DNA from: Pelagibacteraceae bacterium AG-345-F21
Lineage (GTDB): Bacteria > Pseudomonadota > Alphaproteobacteria > Pelagibacterales > Pelagibacteraceae
Reading direction: 5' to 3'
Assembly (NCBI GenBank): GCA_003281795.1
Contig: QCAW01000001.1
Coordinates: forward strand, 15,206-79,205
DNA length: 64,000 bases
Part shown: piece by piece, positions 57,130 through 64,000 of the stretch
How the letters are laid out: every line of letters begins with the position of its first letter
Numbering within the stretch: the stretch's first letter is position 1
The notes under the pieces: generated by a model
Told to the model about the DNA's origin: nothing
The model's input: only the letters and a program-made list of their open reading frames with translations
Databases searched by the model: none
Made by a program: the position numbers and the translations under genes

Positions 57130-57153
57130 TAGTTACTATATAAACATATCGTT

Positions 57154-58104
57154 ATGAATAATAAATCAACTAAACATACAAAAGTGTTAATTCTTGGATC
57201 TGGGCCAGCTGGATATACAGCAGCAATTTATGCCGCTAGAGCGATGTTAAAGCCAATTTTAGTTCACGGCTCTCAGCCAGGGGGTCAGTTAACTACTACA
57301 ACAGATGTGGAAAATTATCCAGGCTATTCAAAAGTAATACAAGGTCCATGGCTAATGGATGAGATGAAGGGACAGGCTGAAGCTGTAGGCACCGAAATGA
57401 TACAAGATCATATTAATAAGGTAGAGTTAACAAATAAACCTTTTAAAGCAGTTGGTGATAGTGGTCAGATTTATACTGCAGATACAATTATAATTTCTAC
57501 GGGAGCCCAGGCAAGGTGGTTAAACCTTGAGTCAGAACAAAATTTTAGAGGGTTTGGAGTGTCAGCCTGCGCTACCTGCGATGGTTTCTTTTTTAAAGAT
57601 AAGGAAGTTGCAGTAGTTGGAGGTGGCAATGCTGCAGTAGAAGAGGCAATGTTTTTGACAAAGTTTGCTTCTAAAGTAAAATTGATACATAGAAGAAATG
57701 AATTAAGAGCAGAAAAAATGCTTCAAGAAAAATTAAAATCTAATAATAAAATTGAAATTATTTGGGATAGTGTTGTAGAGGAGGTCTTAGGTACTAATAA
57801 ACCAAAAGGAGTGAATGCTTTAAAGATAAAAAACATTAAAGATAATAAAATTAGAGAATTAAAGGTAGATGGATTATTTATAGCTATTGGTCATGATCCA
57901 GCAACTTCTCTCTTTAAAGAACAGCTTAAAATGGATGAAGAAGGTTATTTAATTACTAAACCCGACTCTACTGAAACGAATATTCCTGGGGTTTTTGCTG
58001 CAGGTGATGTAAAAGATAAAATCTTTAGACAAGCTGTTACAGCTGCCGGAATGGGCTGTATGTCAGCTTTAGAAGCTGAAAAATATATATCTTCTCTTAA
58101 TTAA
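57154..58104 (+). CDS. trxB: Thioredoxin reductase
   Basis: GSGPAGYTAAIY, CATCDG, GGGNAAVEEA. Confidence 0.97.
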   Translation: MNNKSTKHTKVLILGSGPAGYTAAIYAARAMLKPILVHGSQPGGQLTTTTDVENYPGYSKVIQGPWLMDEMKGQAEAVGTEMIQDHINKVELTNKPFKAVGDSGQIYTADTIIISTGAQARWLNLESEQNFRGFGVSACATCDGFFFKDKEVAVVGGGNAAVEEAMFLTKFASKVKLIHRRNELRAEKMLQEKLKSNNKIEIIWDSVVEEVLGTNKPKGVNALKIKNIKDNKIRELKVDGLFIAIGHDPATSLFKEQLKMDEEGYLITKPDSTETNIPGVFAAGDVKDKIFRQAVTAAGMGCMSALEAEKYISSLN

Positions 58105-58108
58105 ATTA

Positions 58109-59299
<1,191 letters not shown>

Positions 59300-59334
59300 T
59301 TATATTATTTATTTTAAATTATTATTAATACAAA

Positions 59335-61503
59335 ATGCAAAATACTTATCAAGAAAAAATACTAGATATTGAAACTACTAACAACTCTATTAAGAGGAAG
59401 TTAGAGGGTGGTATTAAATTTAAAATCAAAAGTGACTTTCAACCAGCTGGTGATCAACCTCAGGCTATTAAATCATTAACACAAAACATAAAAAACAAAA
59501 AAAATGAACAAGTTCTACTTGGAGTAACAGGTTCCGGGAAAACTTTTACAATGGCTAAAGTAATTGAAGCTACTAATAGACCTGCTTTAGTGCTAGCTCC
59601 AAATAAAACTTTAGCTGCTCAGTTATACGGGGAATTTAAAAGTTTTTTTCCGGATAACGCTGTGGAGTATTTTGTGTCTTATTATGATTATTATACTCCT
59701 GAAGCATATGTCCCCAGATCAGATACCTATATTGAAAAAGAAGCATCTATCAATGAACAAATAGATAGAATGAGGCACTCAGCAACTAGGTCGTTATTAG
59801 AAAGAGATGATGTAATAATTGTAGCCAGTGTTTCTTGTATTTACGGACTTGGTTCGGTAGAGGCTTATAGCAAAATGACCATAACTCTTAAAAAAAATAA
59901 TGAATACGATAGAGATCAGTTAATAAGAACTTTTATAACTTTGCAGTATAAAAGAAATGATCAAAATTTTTTTAGAGGAACTTTTAGAGTAAGAGGAGAA
60001 AATTTAGAGATTTTCCCTTCTCATTTAGAGGACAGAGCTTGGAGAATAAGTTTTAACTTTAACAAGTTAGAGAAGATTGAAGAGTTTGATCCTTTGACTG
60101 GAGATAAGACTAATGATTATTCTATTATAAAAATTTATGCAAACAGCCATTACATAACTCCAAAACCAACTATGGAACAAGCGATTAGACAAATAAAATC
60201 TGAATTAGCTGAAACATTGAAAAAACACCGCGCAAATAACAAGTTATTAGAAGAACAAAGATTGAGAGAAAGAACAAAGTTTGATCTTGAGATGATAGAA
60301 GCAACAGGCACATGTGCCGGTATCGAAAATTATTCAAGATTTTTATCTGGAAGAAAAGCTGGAGAACCACCTCCAACTTTATTTGAATATTTTCCAGACA
60401 ACACAATTATCTTTGTAGATGAAAGTCATGTAACAGTTCCTCAATTAAATGGGATGTATAAAGGGGACAGAACTAGAAAAAGTACTTTAGCTGAATATGG
60501 TTTTAGATTACCGTCATGTATGGATAACCGACCTCTTAAATTCGAAGAGTGGGACATGATGAGAACGCAAACTGTATTTGTCTCGGCTACTCCTGGTCCT
60601 TGGGAATTAAAACAGACAAATAATAAATATATTGATCAGATAATAAGACCAACTGGTTTAATTGATCCTCCTGTTGAAATTAAACCAGCAAAAACTCAAG
60701 TAGATGATTTGATGCATGAAGCTGCAAAAGTTATAGGAAAAGGTTATCGAGTTTTAGCAACTACTTTAACAAAAAAAATGGCTGAAGATCTAACGGAATA
60801 TCTTCATGAAAATGGTCTTAAGGTTAGATATATGCATTCTGACATTGATACTTTAGAAAGAATTGAAATAATAAGAGACTTAAGACTTGGTGTGTTTGAT
60901 ATTTTAGTCGGAATAAATCTTTTAAGAGAAGGATTAGATATTCCAGAATGTGGTTTAGTAGGAATTCTTGATGCAGATAAAGAAGGGTTTTTAAGATCTG
61001 AAACATCTTTAATTCAAACTATAGGGAGAGCTGCTAGAAACATAGATGGTAAAGTGATTCTGTACGCTGATAAAAAGACTAAAAGCATTGATAAAGCTAT
61101 CCAAGAAACAGATCGTAGAAGAAATAGACAGTTAGAATACAACAAAAAAAATAATATTACGGCTGAGTCAGTTAAGAAAGAAATAGGTGACATTTTAGAG
61201 TCAGTCTATGAGAAGGATTACGTAAATATCAAAGAGTCAAACATAGGTGGTAATCTAAAAAAACATCTTAAAGGATTAAACAAAAAAATGAAGGAGTCAG
61301 CTTCTAATTTAGAGTTTGAAGAAGCAGCTAAAATTAGAGATGAAATAAGAAAATTAGAAGCAAGTGAATTAGAAATTACATTGAACCCTAAAATAAGTCA
61401 GTATAACCTCAAAAATAAGGTTTACCCTAAAGGTAGATCAACCCTAGGTATGCCTGGGACAAAAACAATGAAACAAAAAAAAAAATGGAAGCCAAAAAAA
61501 TAA
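59335..61503 (+). CDS. uvrB: Excinuclease ABC subunit B
   Basis: [26 protein letters not shown]-terminal FEEAAKIRD. Confidence 0.98.
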   Translation: MQNTYQEKILDIETTNNSIKRKLEGGIKFKIKSDFQPAGDQPQAIKSLTQNIKNKKNEQVLLGVTGSGKTFTMAKVIEATNRPALVLAPNKTLAAQLYGEFKSFFPDNAVEYFVSYYDYYTPEAYVPRSDTYIEKEASINEQIDRMRHSATRSLLERDDVIIVASVSCIYGLGSVEAYSKMTITLKKNNEYDRDQLIRTFITLQYKRNDQNFFRGTFRVRGENLEIFPSHLEDRAWRISFNFNKLEKIEEFDPLTGDKTNDYSIIKIYANSHYITPKPTMEQAIRQIKSELAETLKKHRANNKLLEEQRLRERTKFDLEMIEATGTCAGIENYSRFLSGRKAGEPPPTLFEYFPDNTIIFVDESHVTVPQLNGMYKGDRTRKSTLAEYGFRLPSCMDNRPLKFEEWDMMRTQTVFVSATPGPWELKQTNNKYIDQIIRPTGLIDPPVEIKPAKTQVDDLMHEAAKVIGKGYRVLATTLTKKMAEDLTEYLHENGLKVRYMHSDIDTLERIEIIRDLRLGVFDILVGINLLREGLDIPECGLVGILDADKEGFLRSETSLIQTIGRAARNIDGKVILYADKKTKSIDKAIQETDRRRNRQLEYNKKNNITAESVKKEIGDILESVYEKDYVNIKESNIGGNLKKHLKGLNKKMKESASNLEFEEAAKIRDEIRKLEASELEITLNPKISQYNLKNKVYPKGRSTLGMPGTKTMKQKKKWKPKK

Positions 61504-62240
61504 TAATTACCGGAGGAGCAAATCGAATTGGTAGGTCTATAGCTTTAGAGCTAGCAAGTTACGACACACAAATTGTTATTCATTACTCAAAATCATTTGT
61601 TGCAGCAAAAAAAATTAAAGTGGAATTAGAAAATTTAGGTTCAGTTGTTCATCTTTTTAAAGCTGACTTGAACAATTTGAAGCAAACTCAAAAAGTAATT
61701 TCATATGCTCAAAAGAAAATGAAAGGTTTAGATTGTTTGATTAACAACGCATCTATTTTTGAAAATGATAATTTGGTTAATTTTTCAGAAAAAAGTTTTT
61801 TAAAGCATATGAATGTGAATCTAAAAGCTCCTGCAATTTTAATTCAAAATTTTGCCAAAGTATGTAAAAATAGAAAAGGAAATGTAGTAAATATCATCGA
61901 TCAAAGAGTTGAAAAATTAACTCCTTTCTTCTTTTCTTATACTTTAAGTAAGTCTAGCCTAGCCATCTTAACAAAAACATCTGCTATGAAATTAGCACCA
62001 AATATTAGAGTTAATGGTGTCTCACCAGGGCCAACATTAAAAAACAAACGTCAATCAGAAAAACATTTTAAAAAGCAATGGAAATCTACAATACTTAAAA
62101 AAAAAGTAGATACAAAGAATGTAAGTTCTGCTGTGAGGTTTTTGATAAATAATAATAATATAACTGGCCAAATAATAAACGTAGATAGTGGTCAGCGTTT
62201 AGCATGGCAAACGCCTGATATAATAAATTCAAAAGAATGA
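61485..62240 (+). CDS. SDR oxidoreductase, pteridine reductase/FolM-like
   Basis: [19 protein letters not shown]; adjacent to folB. Confidence 0.8.
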   Translation: MEAKKIIITGGANRIGRSIALELASYDTQIVIHYSKSFVAAKKIKVELENLGSVVHLFKADLNNLKQTQKVISYAQKKMKGLDCLINNASIFENDNLVNFSEKSFLKHMNVNLKAPAILIQNFAKVCKNRKGNVVNIIDQRVEKLTPFFFSYTLSKSSLAILTKTSAMKLAPNIRVNGVSPGPTLKNKRQSEKHFKKQWKSTILKKKVDTKNVSSAVRFLINNNNITGQIINVDSGQRLAWQTPDIINSKE

Positions 62241-62623
62241 AAATTTTAAAATTTAAAAATAAGCAAAAATTTAAATATAATAAAAAAATTATTGTTAAAG
62301 ACTTAATTTTATTGTTATCTGTTGGAATCCACCAGTTTGAAAAGCAAAAAAAACAAAGAGTAAAATTAAATATTGAAATAACTACTGATCCAAATCTAAA
62401 ACCTGATATTAAATCAATTGTTAATTATGAAAGCATTATCAATGGTATTAAAAAATTAACCAAAAAAACTCATTTTGAGTTACTTGAAAGTTTATCTGAG
62501 TCAATATTTGACGAAATATTTAAAAGTAAAAAAATTAAAAAAATTAAGTTAAAAATTGAAAAATTAGATATTATTAAAGAGACAACTTCGGTTGGCATAG
62601 AAGTGGTGAAAACAAAAATATAA
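62237..62623 (+). CDS. folB: Dihydroneopterin aldolase
   Basis: [33 protein letters not shown]. Confidence 0.85.
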   Translation: MKILKFKNKQKFKYNKKIIVKDLILLLSVGIHQFEKQKKQRVKLNIEITTDPNLKPDIKSIVNYESIINGIKKLTKKTHFELLESLSESIFDEIFKSKKIKKIKLKIEKLDIIKETTSVGIEVVKTKI

Positions 62624-64000
62624 TGGACAGTTTAGAGCAAGGAAAAAAAATAATAAAAGATAAAATACCTTTAATATCTAAAAATCCTGGAATTTATAAA
62701 ATGTTAAGTTCGACAGGAGAAATACTTTATATAGGAAAAGCAAAAAATATTCCTAATAGACTTAAAAGTTACGTAACAGACTCTAATTTGCCTATAAGAA
62801 CTGAGAGAATGTTATCTCTAACTCATAACCTTGAGACGACAACTACTAACAATGAAAGTGAAGCTCTACTTTTAGAAGCAAACCTAATAAAAAAACATAA
62901 GCCAAGATATAATATTCTTTTGAGGGATGATAAATCTTTTCCTTATATCTACATTGGCAATAAAGATAAATGGCCACAATTAACAAAGCTTAGAGGAAAA
63001 AAATCTAAAACTGGATATTATTTTGGACCATTCGCTTCAATTGGGTCTGCAAACTGGACTATTAAAATATTACAAAAAATCTTCCAGTTAAGAGTTTGCG
63101 ATGATACGGTTTTTAAAAACAGAAAAAGACCGTGCATACTTTATCAAATAAAAAGATGTTCAGCTCCTTGTGTGCAACATATATCAGAAAAAGAATATAA
63201 TTCTTCGGTCGATGACGCTATTGATTTTATATCAGGTAAATCCAGAAGAATTCAAAAAAATTTATCCAAAGAAATGGAAAAGGCAAGTAAAGAACTCGAC
63301 TATGAAAAGGCAGCAATATCTAGAGATAGAATAAAGGCGCTTACTCAAATACAAACTTCTCAAAAGATAAATCAAACTAATTTAAATGAAGCAGACGTTA
63401 TAAGTATTTATAAAGAAACAGGTAAAACCTGTATTCAAGTCTTCTTTTTTAGATCTAAACAAAACTGGGGAAATCAAGCCTTCTACCCTAAACATGATCC
63501 GGAAGACACAATTAAAGATATTCTTTCTTCTTTTATATCTCAATTTTATGAAAATAAAACGACTCCAATTCTAATTATTACTAATCATGAAGTTAGTGAA
63601 AAAGTTTTATTGGAAAAAACATTTTCAAATAAAGAAAATAAAAAAGTTGTAATTAAAAAAGCTAATGTAAAAGATGAGATAAATATTTCTAAACTTGCAG
63701 AAAAAAATGCAAAACAATCCTTAACTCAAAAACTTATTCAGTCAGATACAAATAATAATTTAATTGAAAATTTAGCGAAAAAATTCAAATTTAATAACAA
63801 TATTGATTTAATTGAAGTATACGACAATAGTCATATTCAGGGATCAGACTCTATTGGAGCTTTAATTTGTTTTGGAAATGAAGGTTTTGTTAAAAAAAGA
63901 TACAGAAAATTTAATATTAAAGACGATAAAGTTAAAGGTGATGATTATGGAATGATGAAAGAAGTTTTGTTTAGAAGATTTTCAAAAGCAATTAAAGAAA
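62623..64000 (+). CDS. uvrC: Excinuclease ABC subunit C (partial; runs off window end)
   Basis: Manual translation from ATG 62623: ...PGIYKM...[13 protein letters not shown] (GIY-YIG), [21 protein letters not shown]. Confidence 0.95.
   Translation, partial: MDSLEQGKKIIKDKIPLISKNPGIYKMLSSTGEILYIGKAKNIPNRLKSYVTDSNLPIRTERMLSLTHNLETTTTNNESEALLLEANLIKKHKPRYNILLRDDKSFPYIYIGNKDKWPQLTKLRGKKSKTGYYFGPFASIGSANWTIKILQKIFQLRVCDDTVFKNRKRPCILYQIKRCSAPCVQHISEKEYNSSVDDAIDFISGKSRRIQKNLSKEMEKASKELDYEKAAISRDRIKALTQIQTSQKINQTNLNEADVISIYKETGKTCIQVFFFRSKQNWGNQAFYPKHDPEDTIKDILSSFISQFYENKTTPILIITNHEVSEKVLLEKTFSNKENKKVVIKKANVKDEINISKLAEKNAKQSLTQKLIQSDTNNNLIENLAKKFKFNNNIDLIEVYDNSHIQGSDSIGALICFGNEGFVKKRYRKFNIKDDKVKGDDYGMMKEVLFRRFSKAIKE

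Overview
A very AT-rich, tightly packed alphaproteobacterial chromosome segment. Gene content, a permuted two-piece tmRNA and tiny spacers point to SAR11/Ca. Pelagibacter (inference). Most of it is core genome: ilvC/ilvH/ilvI, miaA, degP, hflKC, mrp, thyX, fumC, uvrD, pepP, ligA, bamD, lpxC, the dcw cluster, rnpB, mlaA/mlaC, rpoD-dnaG, carAB, trxB, an aspartate aminotransferase and uvrB-folB-uvrC. Two accessory spots stand out. (1) A ~2.4 kb integrase-free islet directly behind the tmRNA is closed by a degenerate duplicate of the tmRNA coding-piece 3' end. It carries a three-domain protein (PUA-like? + SRA/YDG + PD-(D/E)xK), a candidate two-reader modification-dependent restriction enzyme, plus a small membrane protein and a protein that begins with a clamp-binding-like QLELDF motif. 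(2) A tRNA-associated spot behind rpoD holds an SGNH + acyltransferase-3 pair, tRNA-Ile(CAT), a secreted alpha/beta hydrolase and a strongly atypical tRNA-Val(GAC)-like gene that shares both ends with the tRNA-Ile. The dcw cluster is also unusual: ftsZ sits between mraZ and rsmH and is translationally coupled to mraZ, FtsA lacks recognisable ATPase motifs, murE and murF are fused, and recN is absent from its usual position. No CRISPR array, rRNA, transposase or integrase was seen.
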